64,000 bases of DNA from Gammaproteobacteria bacterium (GCA_965221955.1 CBDCTA010000029.1:544001-608000), one strand, 5' to 3'. Shown: positions 54,014 through 64,000, numbered from the stretch's first letter. Notes: a model not told the origin generated them from the sequence alone. Made by a program: numbers and translations.

Positions 54014-54667
54014 TCACTTCAAACTGATTTGTTGCCAGCTATTTTTTTCTGCATGTTCACGTAGTTTTTCGTCAGCATCTACAGCGATAGGGTGCGTGAC
54101 GAGTTCTAACAGTGGAATATCGTTGCGTGAATCAGAGTAAAAATAGCTTCCTTCTAGAGTGTGGCAGGTATTTTCTAACCACTCTTTAAGACGAGTGACT
54201 TTCCCAGGACCAAAACTTGGTGTGCCATATACTTCACCCGTGAAGCTTCCATCTTGCATGGCAGGCTCAGTAGCGATTAAGTCATGCGTGTTAAAAATTT
54301 CTTTAGTTGGCTCAGTAATAAAACGATTGGTTGCAGTGATAATTACAAGTTGATCACCTGCTTCTCTGTGTTTATTTACGAGTTCTAGTGCTTTAGGTTT
54401 AATAATAGGCTTAATACGTCGCTCAATATAATCATCTCGCCATAGACATAGTTCTTCATATGGATTGTTGGCAAGAGGTTGTAAAGCAAATTTTAAAAAT
54501 TCATAAACGTCGAGCTTGCCAGCTAAATACTCTTGATAAAAACGCTCGTTTTCACTTGCATAATACTCGGCATCCACTTTGCCAATAGAAACTAAATGCG
54601 CGCCCCACTCATAGTCGCTGTCGCCGGCAATGAGTGTTTCATCCAGATCAAATAATGCTAGAGCCAT
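54014..54667 (-). CDS. HAD subfamily IB phosphatase (histidinol-phosphatase/SerB-like)
   Basis: FDLDETL, IITAT, GKV and FYSDSRND motifs; divergent from rppH. Confidence 0.9.
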   Translation of the reverse strand: MALALFDLDETLIAGDSDYEWGAHLVSIGKVDAEYYASENERFYQEYLAGKLDVYEFLKFALQPLANNPYEELCLWRDDYIERRIKPIIKPKALELVNKHREAGDQLVIITATNRFITEPTKEIFNTHDLIATEPAMQDGSFTGEVYGTPSFGPGKVTRLKEWLENTCHTLEGSYFYSDSRNDIPLLELVTHPIAVDADEKLREHAEKNSWQQISLK

Positions 54668-54813
54668 AAATATCGATATTTTTAGTTTAAAGTTTGCACA
54701 CAAGGGAAGGCTTAAGTGATTGTATTGTATATGAATACGTCCGTTTATCTAGATCTAGTCTAAATTGCTCCATATAGGGCCCTATGCAACAATATTGTGC
54801 AGGAGGGTGAGGA

Positions 54814-55314
54814 ATGGATGGTAATCATCATGTGATCGATGCTTCTGGGTATCGGGAGAATGTTGGCATCATTGTCTGTAATGAAACTAGAAATGTTGTC
54901 TGGTGTAAACGTAGTGGGCAAGATGCGTGGCAATTTCCTCAGGGGGGCGTGCAACAAAATGAGACGATTGAGCAAGCTTTGTATCGAGAATTAAAAGAAG
55001 AAACAGGCTTGGGCGATGAGCATGTTGAAATTCTCACTTGTACAAAAGATTGGCTTCGATATAAATTGCCCACACATCTAATTCGTAAAAACAGTATGCC
55101 AAAGTGCATTGGTCAAAAGCAGCGTTGGTTCCTGCTTAGACTACAAACTGATGAAAGCAATATCGATCTGAACATTTCAAAAAATCCAGAGTTCGATAAT
55201 TGGCGTTGGGTAGATTATTGGCACCCGTTAGAAGAAGTCGTGTTCTTTAAGCGTAATGTGTATGAGCGAGCACTGAAAGAGTTTGAGCCATTTTTATTTT
55301 CAACTGTTCACTAG
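54814..55314 (+). CDS. rppH: RNA pyrophosphohydrolase RppH (start may be the GTG at 54832)
   Basis: [15 protein letters not shown], Nudix box [15 protein letters not shown] and FKRNVY. Confidence 0.96.
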   Translation: MDGNHHVIDASGYRENVGIIVCNETRNVVWCKRSGQDAWQFPQGGVQQNETIEQALYRELKEETGLGDEHVEILTCTKDWLRYKLPTHLIRKNSMPKCIGQKQRWFLLRLQTDESNIDLNISKNPEFDNWRWVDYWHPLEEVVFFKRNVYERALKEFEPFLFSTVH

Positions 55315-55321
55315 GTAGTAG

Positions 55322-56038
55322 TTATCTACGAACGACCCATAACCATATTCCTGTAATCGATAAAATCAATAGCAATATCGCTGCAGCATCTATTATATAT
55401 ATACCGTATTTTCCAAAAATCCTACCGCTGTGTGCGTCGAGTAAAAATCTTTCCAAGTTGATTTGTTGACTCATATCATGGCTTTCAATGACTTGTTTTA
55501 AACTTGGAAGGGTAATACTTGCAGCAACCCATTTCGGGTGAGGTCCGACATATTCGTGCCAATTCAACAGGTCACTATTACTTTCCCAATACTTGGTCAC
55601 ACCTCTAATAACGGGGTTGCCTTGTTCAGATTTAGAAATTCCTAAAGGATGCTCAATTAAACCATCAAGTTTAGTGATTTCATCAATAAGGTTTCCTTCG
55701 TGATCAAAAAGGATTAATGATTTTGCTGTGGCAACAATAATTTGATTGCTCTGTCTAATTGCGCCAAATAAGTTATCTACATTTTCGGTAATGGGTTTGC
55801 CAGACAAATAAAGATAGTCACCTGCATGTGAGATGGTTTGGTTACCAAGTTGATAAGTAGTGATAGGGTTGGGTTTAATGCCGTAGTGAGTTAACAACCA
55901 TGTATTGGCAAGGTGTTTGGCAGGCAAGCCTAATTCATCACTGTGTTGTAAAACAATTCCGGTAACAACTAAGAAGATGATAAAAGATGCAGCAAGCAGT
56001 CCAATTCTGCGATGCCATTTATGAAGTTTGGCAGCCAT
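55322..56038 (-). CDS. PepSY-associated TM domain membrane protein
   Basis: LHKWHRRIGL, TGIVLQH, LDAHSG and SITGIWLW; the His residues are candidate heme ligands. Confidence 0.85.
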   Translation of the reverse strand: MAAKLHKWHRRIGLLAASFIIFLVVTGIVLQHSDELGLPAKHLANTWLLTHYGIKPNPITTYQLGNQTISHAGDYLYLSGKPITENVDNLFGAIRQSNQIIVATAKSLILFDHEGNLIDEITKLDGLIEHPLGISKSEQGNPVIRGVTKYWESNSDLLNWHEYVGPHPKWVAASITLPSLKQVIESHDMSQQINLERFLLDAHSGRIFGKYGIYIIDAAAILLLILSITGIWLWVVRR

Positions 56039-56050
56039 GGGGCGGAGATT

Positions 56051-56566
56051 CTAGCATGAATCTTTTGTCACATGATTATGTAGCAGTAAAGCCATTCTAG
56101 AAATATTAGTAACTGCATCTACCGACATGGTTGCGCCTGAAATATTATCAATGTTTTTATCCAATCTGTTTTTTTTGGTTAGTTTAGCGTTTACAAATTG
56201 TTCACCAAAAAAATCATGTTTCACCTCCCAACCACGGCTTTCACGAAAGATTAATACTTTAACTTTTTCCAAACCTTGTCCATTCACAACAAAGCCTGTG
56301 GTGATGTAACGTTCTTTTCCAATTTCTTCTAAAATCCAAGCAGATCGGCAACCTTCTAGCCAATAAGGAACACGAATCTTTTTATATCGATGTCCAAGAA
56401 TTGATTTAACTTCTTTGCCAAGATCTCCAGACAAGATTAATCGTTCAGGCTCAGGCTTGGTGGTGAAAGTATTCGCTAAAAAATCTTCAGGTGATTGATA
56501 GACGCTTTCAGCTGCCAATGCTAAATTGGACGAAAAGAAAACGAGAATCGATAAAATCCATTTCAT
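56051..56566 (-). CDS. Periplasmic FMN-binding (flavinylated) domain protein
   Basis: Signal peptide; FRESRGWEV; IDNISGATMS flavinylation motif. Confidence 0.85.
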   Translation of the reverse strand: MKWILSILVFFSSNLALAAESVYQSPEDFLANTFTTKPEPERLILSGDLGKEVKSILGHRYKKIRVPYWLEGCRSAWILEEIGKERYITTGFVVNGQGLEKVKVLIFRESRGWEVKHDFFGEQFVNAKLTKKNRLDKNIDNISGATMSVDAVTNISRMALLLHNHVTKDSC

Positions 56567-56617
56567 AGTGAATGATGTTTGTCTGCGAATGTAAATTTAG
56601 TGTAATTGTAAGACTTA

Positions 56618-56654
56618 AAAAGCCCGAATTGGTTTTGTTTCAAAACGGGCTTTT
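56618..56654 (-). terminator. Intra-operon hairpin/terminator after the porin gene
   Basis: AAAAGCCCG...CGGGCTTTT stem; followed by a T run on the minus strand. Confidence 0.6.
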
Positions 56655-56676
56655 GTAAGTTTAATCTAATAAAAAA

Positions 56677-57939
56677 CTAGAACATATAACCAATTCCTAG
56701 ATCAAAGCCATCAAAGTCACGACCTTGAGCTTCAGCTTCTGGGTCATGTGAACGATCACGATAATCGAATTTTACAACCACATCTTTGTGTGGCCACCAA
56801 TTTGCCCCGAGTTCCCATTGACTAAACTGATCTTGAATGCGTGCTCCTTCAACTTCTTCATAACGTGCATACAACCCAAGCCAATTATTTACTTTGAAAC
56901 TTGGTTCAATGTACCAACCAAATTGCTCATCGATATCACCTGCAGCATCTTCAATATCACCACTAAAGTCCCATTGAGCATAGAGCGCGCGCAAACCAAA
57001 AGCTCCTCGATTATAAATAGCATGTGCCTGGTATAAAGTAGCATCATCAATAAAATCATCCTCTGCATCGCTATCATCATCTTGGGTAGGATCAGTTTGA
57101 TGGTTGATAGAAGCAGCTAACTCAAGACCTTGGATACCAGTGTATTTCACTCGGCCAGTAATAGCTGGATCGCTCAAACGTTGATTAGAGGTTTTACCAC
57201 GAGCACTTCTAATACGGCCACTTGTTCCAGAAAAATTCAAGCCCGAATGTAATGCAGCATCAAATGAAAAACCATTGTTTGTGCGGAAAGTTGAACCAAC
57301 ACCTGCTTCCCACCAAGTGGAAGGAATAATGATGTTCTCTACATCGTTTCGTTCTACACCATAAAAAGTAGGGGGCTCATGAGTTTCGTTTAAAATACCA
57401 GTGGGTACAAGAAAAACACCGCCACGAACTTGTGCATTATTATTTACATCATATTCTATATAAGCCTGTTCAATTTCTACTTCGCCACCGAGAGGTTCTC
57501 CGTCAGGTTCTACACCACCATGTTCGATTTCAATTTCGGTTACTAAACGTAGATCATCGGTAAATTCTTTGCCTACAAATAAAACGAAGCGGTGTAGATC
57601 CACTTCTTCTAAATCTCTATCGCTGTCATCTGCACTTAAGTTGTTGTAATGCACTTCACCATAACCCCCTAAAGAAATACCTTCAAAAGCATCAAGTGGG
57701 CTATCTTCAATGACTTCGGCTGTTGCTGTAGCAATTTCAGTGGCCTCATCGGCTTTTTCTTCAGCGCGTGTGGCTTTTTCCATCGCTTCTTTTTGTTGAG
57801 ACATTAAGAACTCAACCGCTTTTTTGAGATTTTCATATTCCTCACGATCTACTGAAATTTGTTCAGCATAGGTGGGGAAAGTGCAGGCTAAAGTAACTAA
57901 AAACAGCACTAGCCTTGTTTTTATGAGTTGGATAACCAT
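56677..57939 (-). CDS. Outer-membrane porin with N-terminal coiled coil (OprO/P-like)
   Basis: Signal peptide, coiled coil, GGYGEVHYN, EIEIEH, EQAY, amphipathic strands and terminal GIGYMF. Confidence 0.85.
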   Translation of the reverse strand: MVIQLIKTRLVLFLVTLACTFPTYAEQISVDREEYENLKKAVEFLMSQQKEAMEKATRAEEKADEATEIATATAEVIEDSPLDAFEGISLGGYGEVHYNNLSADDSDRDLEEVDLHRFVLFVGKEFTDDLRLVTEIEIEHGGVEPDGEPLGGEVEIEQAYIEYDVNNNAQVRGGVFLVPTGILNETHEPPTFYGVERNDVENIIIPSTWWEAGVGSTFRTNNGFSFDAALHSGLNFSGTSGRIRSARGKTSNQRLSDPAITGRVKYTGIQGLELAASINHQTDPTQDDDSDAEDDFIDDATLYQAHAIYNRGAFGLRALYAQWDFSGDIEDAAGDIDEQFGWYIEPSFKVNNWLGLYARYEEVEGARIQDQFSQWELGANWWPHKDVVVKFDYRDRSHDPEAEAQGRDFDGFDLGIGYMF

Positions 57940-58025
57940 TGTGTACTCCCTTGTTGTTTGGTTTGGCCGGTATGACTGGATACGGGCTTATCTTAGGTTC
58001 CAAATTTGATGTATTTACTAATACT

Positions 58026-58044
58026 AATGAGAATGATTCGCATT
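58026..58044. promoter_or_regulatory. Fur box
   Basis: AATGAGAATGATTCGCATT matches the 9-1-9 consensus AATGATAATNATTATCATT; lies 86 bp upstream of the porin start. Confidence 0.75.
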
Positions 58045-58156
58045 TGTATATCCATATAAGGATAGCTTGAGGGTAGGTGAGTAAATTGGTGGGGGTGAGA
58101 ATCGTCTGGGATTAGGTGCCGAGCGTTTTGAGCGGCTTTTGGATAAAGTAATGATT

Positions 58157-58873
58157 ATGAAGATAAAAATAATAAGTCTGAATATAGTTTTATCACTTGC
58201 ACTGTTTTGTATAAGTTTTTATGCAGCTTGGCAGTTGAGTGCAAGCAGTAATTTTTTTTATTCCTTCTGGTATGAGCTGTTAGGCATAAGTGAAACCATT
58301 GAATCATATGGTCCAAAAAACAAATACAAATTAGGTTTTGAGCAAACACAGAAAACTGAGCAAGTGAAATTGTTTTCAGGAATTGTGCATGCAATTCAGA
58401 GAAATGGAGAAGGTTTAAATCAACTAAGTTATAAAAACAAAGAAAAAAATGTAACTTTACTTACTAATGCTGAAATTATTCATTTGCAAGATGTAGCCAA
58501 TTTAGTTGCTACATTTAAAACGGTAGCTATTTTTAGTTTAGTGCTGATAGTAATAGTGTTAACTTTTATGCGAATCACAAAAACCCCAATAGCAAAAATA
58601 AAAAAGCAGTTATTGGGTGGCATAGTATTTATTGTGCTTTTAATTTTACTGCTTTTAATAATTGGGCCAAAAGAAGTATTCTATTTAGGGCATGAGTTAA
58701 TTTTTCCAAATAATCATCAGTGGTTTTTTTATTACGAAGAGTCACTAATGAGCACCATGATGAAAGCGCCTGCATTATTTGGTCCTATAGCATGCCAGCT
58801 TTTAGTGCTTACGTTCTTGATATGGATAGGGCTTTTGTTCTTATTAAAAAATGCAGTGTTTAAGGATAAATAA
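58157..58873 (+). CDS. DUF1461 / Lit-like integral membrane protein
   Basis: EIIHLQDV, GHELIFPNNHQWFF and SLMSTMM motifs; about four TM helices; start is ATG 58151 or 58157. Confidence 0.7.
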   Translation: MKIKIISLNIVLSLALFCISFYAAWQLSASSNFFYSFWYELLGISETIESYGPKNKYKLGFEQTQKTEQVKLFSGIVHAIQRNGEGLNQLSYKNKEKNVTLLTNAEIIHLQDVANLVATFKTVAIFSLVLIVIVLTFMRITKTPIAKIKKQLLGGIVFIVLLILLLLIIGPKEVFYLGHELIFPNNHQWFFYYEESLMSTMMKAPALFGPIACQLLVLTFLIWIGLLFLLKNAVFKDK

Positions 58874-58917
58874 AAACTACAAGATCGTTTCAATAGCTTT
58901 TCTGTCAAATTGATCTA

Positions 58918-59337
58918 TTAAAAAGGCTTTACAACTGCAAGTACTACGATTGCGAATAAGGCCAAAACTGGTGCTTCATTAAACCAGCGATACCATGTAT
59001 GTGATTTGGTATTTGCATTATTTGCAAATATTTTAACGATTTTCCCGCACCATAAATGATAAATAATAAGCAACACTACAAATACTAACTTAATGTAGAT
59101 CCATCCAAACGAAGCATAGATGCTCCAATTTGGAACTAATAATATTGTTCCTAATACAATTGTCAGTGCCATGCTAGGTGTTGTGAAACGATAAAGTTTC
59201 CGTTCCATAATTTTGAAACGTTCATGGCATGCTGGATCATCTGTCATAGCGTGATGCACAAATAACCTTGGTAAATAAAATAAACCTGCAAACCAGGTTA
59301 TTACAAAAATGATGTGCAGTGCTTTTACCCAAAGCAT
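58918..59337 (-). CDS. hemJ: Protoporphyrinogen oxidase HemJ
   Basis: WVKALHIIFVITWFAGLFYLPRLFV, MERKL, NEAP and VVKPF motifs. Confidence 0.92.
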   Translation of the reverse strand: MLWVKALHIIFVITWFAGLFYLPRLFVHHAMTDDPACHERFKIMERKLYRFTTPSMALTIVLGTILLVPNWSIYASFGWIYIKLVFVVLLIIYHLWCGKIVKIFANNANTKSHTWYRWFNEAPVLALFAIVVLAVVKPF

Positions 59338-59352
59338 ATTTCAATCCTATGA

Positions 59353-61104
59353 TTAAATGTTATATGAACTTTTGAATTTCTCTTTAGTAAGAACACCGTA
59401 GACCTTTATTATATCAGGCCCTATCGAGCTACTAATACAGATGGCCTCTACACCTTCTTCTATGAATTGTTCTCGCGCAGAATCCGCAGTTGCACGTATA
59501 TCAATGCAACTCACCTGCAAGCGTTTTGCAGGGATTGCCATTAAATCTATTTCGTCTTTTTCTTCCTCATCTTCTAAGTAATTGCATAGATCGGATGTAG
59601 GTAGAATGGCGATCGGCTTACCATCTTCAATAACAACCCACTCTTTATTTAGAGCTACTAAATCTTTTGCTTGTTCAAAGCTAATGATGTTAGAACTTCG
59701 ATGAATATTACGATTCATCACATTTGCAACGCCTACACGTCGTAGTGCTTGTAACATGGGTTCGTGACGATAGTCCAAACCTTTGAGTTGCATTAGCATT
59801 CGATAAATAGAGCGCTGTCCAAAAAGTTGGCTAGCAGTAAGTTGTGCGGTCACTATGGCCAACATGCCGGGCAAAATAATATTTGGGTTGCTGGTAAGTT
59901 CAAAAACAGCGGTTAATGCTGCAAGAGGTGCTTGTAGTGTGGCGCCCATCATTGCTGCCATGCCCATTAGTGCATACAAGCCTGGCGAAGACGAAAGGTT
60001 TGGGAAAATAGGTTGTGCAATAATTCCCATTATTCCACCTAAGCTTGCGCCAATTACAAATGTAGGGCCGATAAGACCGGCTGGTAATCCCAATCCAACA
60101 CTGCATGCTGTGGCAATCAATTTTGCTGCAAAAATGACGAGCAAGAGATTCAAACTTATGTTGTTTACTAAAGTGTTGTTTACTGTGTCATAGCCGATTC
60201 CCATTATTTGTGGTGCAAAATATGCAAGCAGTCCTGTTATAGAACCAGCAAGGATAAATTTAGTCCAGATAGACAAGTTTTTGCTGGAAGTTGAGGTGAG
60301 CTTTGTAATGTAAATAAAAATAACTGCGGCAATGCCAGTGACTACACCAAGAAGCACCACATAAGGGAGTTCTAATAAATTGGTGAGTTGAAAGTTAGGA
60401 ACTGAAAAAACGGTTTCGGCACCAAAAACTGCTCGAGTTAACGCTGTGGCACTGACAGCAGATAAAATTACTGGTAAAAAACTTGCAAGCGTGTATTCCA
60501 TCATGACGACTTCAAGTGCAAAGATCACTCCAGCTAGTGGCGTATTAAACGATGCTCCTATTGCTGCTGCAGTCCCGCATGCGACGAGTGTGCGAATGGT
60601 GTTGTTAGGCAAACCAAGTTGTTGACCAATGATGCTGCTAGTTGCAGCACCAAGATGAATGGCGGGGCCTTCACGACCTAAAGATTGTCCGGAGATGATT
60701 GCAATGGCAGCGCCTACATATTGCAAGATTAAACTGCGAAACCTTAAATAACCTTGATGATATGAGAGGCGTTCCATGACATGAGAAACACCTACACCGA
60801 TTCCTGACTCTTTATTAGCAAATAATTTAAAGATTGCGGCAATTAAAATTGCACCTGCGATGGGTAATAAAATACGAAAGTTCTTAGGCAATCCTTCATA
60901 ATTTTCAGGATCCCCATAAGGTAAAAATGCAGTTTGTGCAGTTTCAATTACAAGTATAAAGGAAATGATGACGAGACCTGTCATCAAGCCTGCTAAAGTA
61001 CCAAGCACTGCAAGCTGGATGAGCGCATCCGGCCTTGAGGTTCGCAGGCGTAAATTTTCCAATGCGCGTGTGATAAAAATCCGAATTGATGATTCCTTTC
61101 CCAT
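59353..61104 (-). CDS. CLC-family chloride channel/antiporter with degenerate CBS-like tail
   Basis: GREGP (gating Glu), FNTPLAGVIFALE, GLIGP and SIY motifs. Confidence 0.9.
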   Translation of the reverse strand: MGKESSIRIFITRALENLRLRTSRPDALIQLAVLGTLAGLMTGLVIISFILVIETAQTAFLPYGDPENYEGLPKNFRILLPIAGAILIAAIFKLFANKESGIGVGVSHVMERLSYHQGYLRFRSLILQYVGAAIAIISGQSLGREGPAIHLGAATSSIIGQQLGLPNNTIRTLVACGTAAAIGASFNTPLAGVIFALEVVMMEYTLASFLPVILSAVSATALTRAVFGAETVFSVPNFQLTNLLELPYVVLLGVVTGIAAVIFIYITKLTSTSSKNLSIWTKFILAGSITGLLAYFAPQIMGIGYDTVNNTLVNNISLNLLLVIFAAKLIATACSVGLGLPAGLIGPTFVIGASLGGIMGIIAQPIFPNLSSSPGLYALMGMAAMMGATLQAPLAALTAVFELTSNPNIILPGMLAIVTAQLTASQLFGQRSIYRMLMQLKGLDYRHEPMLQALRRVGVANVMNRNIHRSSNIISFEQAKDLVALNKEWVVIEDGKPIAILPTSDLCNYLEDEEEKDEIDLMAIPAKRLQVSCIDIRATADSAREQFIEEGVEAICISSSIGPDIIKVYGVLTKEKFKSSYNI

Positions 61105-61295
61105 AAGCCAGATTATGCCAGAGATTGGCTAGAAAAATTATGTTGTAAGGTGCTATCGGAGCCAATAAAAACTTTAGTGATTTGCTTTTGAAGAAACTTA
61201 TTAGCTTGTATGATGCACCAAGATTACAGCTAGCCAATAGCGTTTCAATAGAATGGCTAGATATTTAATTTAAGCATAATTAGGAAATTGCATTC

Positions 61296-62324
61296 ATGAT
61301 TTCAGTGGGAGTAGTAGGAGGAACGGGTTATACCGGCATTGAGTTGCTGCGTATTTTGGTTTCACACCCTAAGGTTGAGATTAAAGTAGTTACCTCGCGC
61401 AGTGAAGTCGGTAATAAAGTTTCCAACCTATACCCAAGTCTATTGCCAAATCTTGATTTGGTCTTTTCTGCACCAGAAGTTGCGGTTTTAAAAGATTGTG
61501 ATTGTGTGTTTTTTGCTGCTCCAAATGGTACCGCAATGCAAATAGTGCCGGAGTTATTAGAGGCAGGTGTAAAGGTGATTGATCTTGCTGCGGACTTTCG
61601 TATTAAAGATTCTGCAACTTGGGAGCAATGGTATAAACAACCTCATGCGTGCCCAGAATTATTAGATTCAGCCGTATATGGATTACCTGAAATTCATCGA
61701 GAAGAAATTAAGCATGCACAGTTAATAGCGAACCCAGGTTGTTATCCTACAGCTGTTATTTTAGGTTTCTTGCCACTGCTTGAATCTGGAATTGCGGAAA
61801 GCTCGCAACTCATTGCCGATGCAAAGTCTGGTGTTAGCGGTGCAGGTCGAGCGGCTAACGTACCAACACTTTTTAGTGAAGCAGGTGAAAATTTTAAAGC
61901 ATACAATGTAAACGCACACCGACATTGGCCTGAAATTAAACAAGAACTAGAAGGTGTTAATAAAAACGAAATTAACTTTGTGTTTACTCCGCATTTAACG
62001 CCCATGGTGCGTGGAATTTTCGCCACATTATATTTAACCAATATCAATATTGATGATATGCATGCGCTTTACCAAAAACGTTATGCAGATGAAGCTTTTG
62101 TGCAAGTGCTAGATGAGGGTGTGTTACCTGAAACTAAGCATGTTCGTGCCTCTAATCAGTGCATGTTGTCCGTATCTAAACCCTATTCTGGTAATACCGT
62201 AGTAGTGTTATCTGTGATTGACAATCTTGTGAAAGGGGCTGCTGGTCAAGCCGTGCAAAATATGAATCTAATGTTCGGGATAGAAGAGACTACAAGCTTA
62301 ATGCAGCCAGGGCTGTTTCCCTAA
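61296..62324 (+). CDS. argC: N-acetyl-gamma-glutamyl-phosphate reductase
   Basis: GGTGYTG, ANPGCYPT, SGVSGAG and DNLVKGAAGQAVQNMN motifs. Confidence 0.97.
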   Translation: MISVGVVGGTGYTGIELLRILVSHPKVEIKVVTSRSEVGNKVSNLYPSLLPNLDLVFSAPEVAVLKDCDCVFFAAPNGTAMQIVPELLEAGVKVIDLAADFRIKDSATWEQWYKQPHACPELLDSAVYGLPEIHREEIKHAQLIANPGCYPTAVILGFLPLLESGIAESSQLIADAKSGVSGAGRAANVPTLFSEAGENFKAYNVNAHRHWPEIKQELEGVNKNEINFVFTPHLTPMVRGIFATLYLTNINIDDMHALYQKRYADEAFVQVLDEGVLPETKHVRASNQCMLSVSKPYSGNTVVVLSVIDNLVKGAAGQAVQNMNLMFGIEETTSLMQPGLFP

Positions 62325-63043
62325 TGACAACAAATAAATTACAAAATGGTTCCTATTTGATTTCCTTCGGTGTAACTGCAGGATTTTTCTTGTTGTCTTT
62401 ATATCTTGCGTATTGGGTTGGTGTGAATGGTTTCAGGATTCCATTTATTTCATCTCATAGTACACCCGAGTTTAAAGATAGTGATGAAAAAATAAAATTT
62501 TTAGAAAAAAGCGTGCGTGAATTAGAGCGTGAATTAGCCTATGTGAAACGCTCAACTAAAGTTGAACTTGCAGCAGTGGAAAAAATGAAAGAAACGTTGC
62601 AAGAAAAAGATCTTGAATTATTAGAGCTTAATCAAGAACTGCATTTTTATAATACGCTTTACACCGCAAATACGGATAACACCTTGGTGCATATCAAGGC
62701 GTTTAATTTGCACAAAGATTTAGTTACTGGGAAATATAATTATGAATTAGTATTAACCGGTGTGGCTAAAAAAAGCGAAGGGAAAATTTCTGGAGTCATA
62801 GGATTAAGTGTTGATGGCGAAGAGCAAGAAATTTTAAAACGTTTAGTATTTGAAGATGCAAGTGAAATTACCGATACTTCTTTGAAATTTTCTTTTAAAT
62901 ATTTTCAAAAAATTTCAGGTAGCTTCTCATTACCGGAAGAGTTTGTGCCATCTTCTGTTCACGTGGAAGTGCGGCGTGATAAAAATAATAAGGAGCCGAT
63001 AGCCGTTAGTTATAATTGGGATGAAATTTTTGTAAAAAGTTAA
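62324..63043 (+). CDS. Conserved TM plus coiled-coil protein (DUF6776-like)
   Basis: TM helix, coiled coil ending ELHFY and FSFKYFQ; the argC-this gene-bactofilin-erpA order is familiar from Gammaproteobacteria. Confidence 0.7.
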   Translation: MTTNKLQNGSYLISFGVTAGFFLLSLYLAYWVGVNGFRIPFISSHSTPEFKDSDEKIKFLEKSVRELERELAYVKRSTKVELAAVEKMKETLQEKDLELLELNQELHFYNTLYTANTDNTLVHIKAFNLHKDLVTGKYNYELVLTGVAKKSEGKISGVIGLSVDGEEQEILKRLVFEDASEITDTSLKFSFKYFQKISGSFSLPEEFVPSSVHVEVRRDKNNKEPIAVSYNWDEIFVKS

Positions 63044-63058
63044 TAACAGGTCTGAATT

Positions 63059-63439
63059 GTGTTAAAGAGAAAAATTAAAACCATGCAAGTGGATACCCTG
63101 GTGGGTAAACATTCTAAAATTGTTGGCGATATTCTATATACAGGTGGTGTGCATGTTGAAGGTGAAATTGAGGGCAACCTCATGGCAGAAGAAGTCGATA
63201 AAGGCTTTGTGGTGGTCAGCGAATCTGGACTTGTAAAAGGAGAAATTCGTGGGCCAACAATTATTGTTTATGGAACAGTAAATGGCGATGTTTATGCAAC
63301 GGGTACAATCGAACTTGCTGCAGGTGCAAAAATAAACGGCAGTGTTTATTATAATTTACTCGAAATGGCGAACGGTGCAGAAGTAAATGGTAGCCTTGTG
63401 CATCAGCAAAGCTCAAGAGGACAGGTTGAAACCAGCTAA
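63059..63439 (+). CDS. Bactofilin (polymer-forming cytoskeletal protein)
   Basis: DTLVG..IVGD, G.V.G repeats and LEMANGAEVNG. Confidence 0.9.
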   Translation: MLKRKIKTMQVDTLVGKHSKIVGDILYTGGVHVEGEIEGNLMAEEVDKGFVVVSESGLVKGEIRGPTIIVYGTVNGDVYATGTIELAAGAKINGSVYYNLLEMANGAEVNGSLVHQQSSRGQVETS

Positions 63440-63465
63440 TTAGAGGGTTTAACTATTACTTCGGA

Positions 63466-63490
63466 ATAGTTGACTAATTTACTAAGGTAA
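63466..63490. promoter_or_regulatory. Putative type-1 IscR operator upstream of erpA
   Basis: ATAGTTGACTAATTTACTAAGGTAA matches the ATAGTTGAC-type IscR site and overlaps a TTGACT -35. Confidence 0.75.
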
Positions 63491-63534
63491 TGTTAGTATA
63501 TTAGCAAGTTCTAACGTATTATTTGGAGAATCCT

Positions 63535-63924
63535 ATGTCTACATCTGATAGTGGACAAGCAACTGCAGAAGCAACAACACCTTCAGCTCCGCCGGTAACA
63601 TTGATTTTTACCGATGCGGCCGCGAACAAAGTAAAGCAGCTCATCGAAGAGGAAAAAAATGACAATCTCAAGTTACGAGTGTTCGTAAGTGGTGGAGGTT
63701 GTTCAGGATTTCAATACGGCTTTACTTTTGATGAAAATCTCCAAGATGGCGATACCTCTGTTGAAAATGGTGGAGTAACATTGTTGGTGGATCCTATGAG
63801 TTATCAGTATCTAATGGGAGCCGAGATTGATTACACAGAAGGTCTTGAGGGAGCGCAATTTGTGATTCGCAACCCAAATGCACAAACCACTTGTGGTTGT
63901 GGCTCATCGTTTTCCCCAGGCTAA
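63535..63924 (+). CDS. erpA: Fe-S insertion protein ErpA
   Basis: [21 protein letters not shown] and [14 protein letters not shown] motifs; ATG 63535 follows GGAG. Confidence 0.96.
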   Translation: MSTSDSGQATAEATTPSAPPVTLIFTDAAANKVKQLIEEEKNDNLKLRVFVSGGGCSGFQYGFTFDENLQDGDTSVENGGVTLLVDPMSYQYLMGAEIDYTEGLEGAQFVIRNPNAQTTCGCGSSFSPG

Positions 63925-63947
63925 GCAATAACGAATACATTTATTTT

Positions 63948-63974
63948 AAAGCGCTCTCATGAGCGCTTTTTTTT
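63948..63974 (+). terminator. Intrinsic terminator
   Basis: AAAGCGCTC-TCAT-GAGCGCTTTTTTTT after erpA. Confidence 0.88.
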
Positions 63975-64000
63975 GCTCTAATTATTACCTTAATTATTGC

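Overview
This is an AT-rich gammaproteobacterial chromosome segment made mostly of core genes. The left part carries tgt-yajC-secDF, suhB/trmJ, the isc operon (iscRSUA-hscBA-fdx-iscX) and ndk-rlmN-pilW-rodZ-hisS-yfgM-bamB-der, with no ispG at its usual place. An accessory stretch follows: an SGNH lipoprotein, a Xre/MbcA-RES toxin-antitoxin pair, MoxR-DUF58-transglutaminase and an ECF sigma/anti-sigma pair. The rest carries cysZ-queF, smc-zipA-ligA, a stand-alone lpxA, mpl, a Ser/Thr kinase-cNMP fusion, a PEP-CTERM gene, hemL-thiE-thiD, a rubredoxin absent from the ORF track, rppH, a Fur-boxed porin/FMN-binding/PepSY cluster, hemJ, clc, argC, bactofilin and erpA. The most striking feature is non-coding. 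Seven copies of a 126-250 bp ERIC-like palindromic element sit at or next to gene ends, mostly inside operons, with covarying stems and conserved unpaired motifs. Three different 48-69 bp modules, each built from two hairpins with (A/T)GGA loops resembling CsrA/RsmA sites, are inserted into these elements and into each other. No transposase is present in the window. iscS and the transglutaminase gene carry single-base frameshifts that are probably assembly errors. All family assignments are by eye from motifs and gene context; no searches were run.
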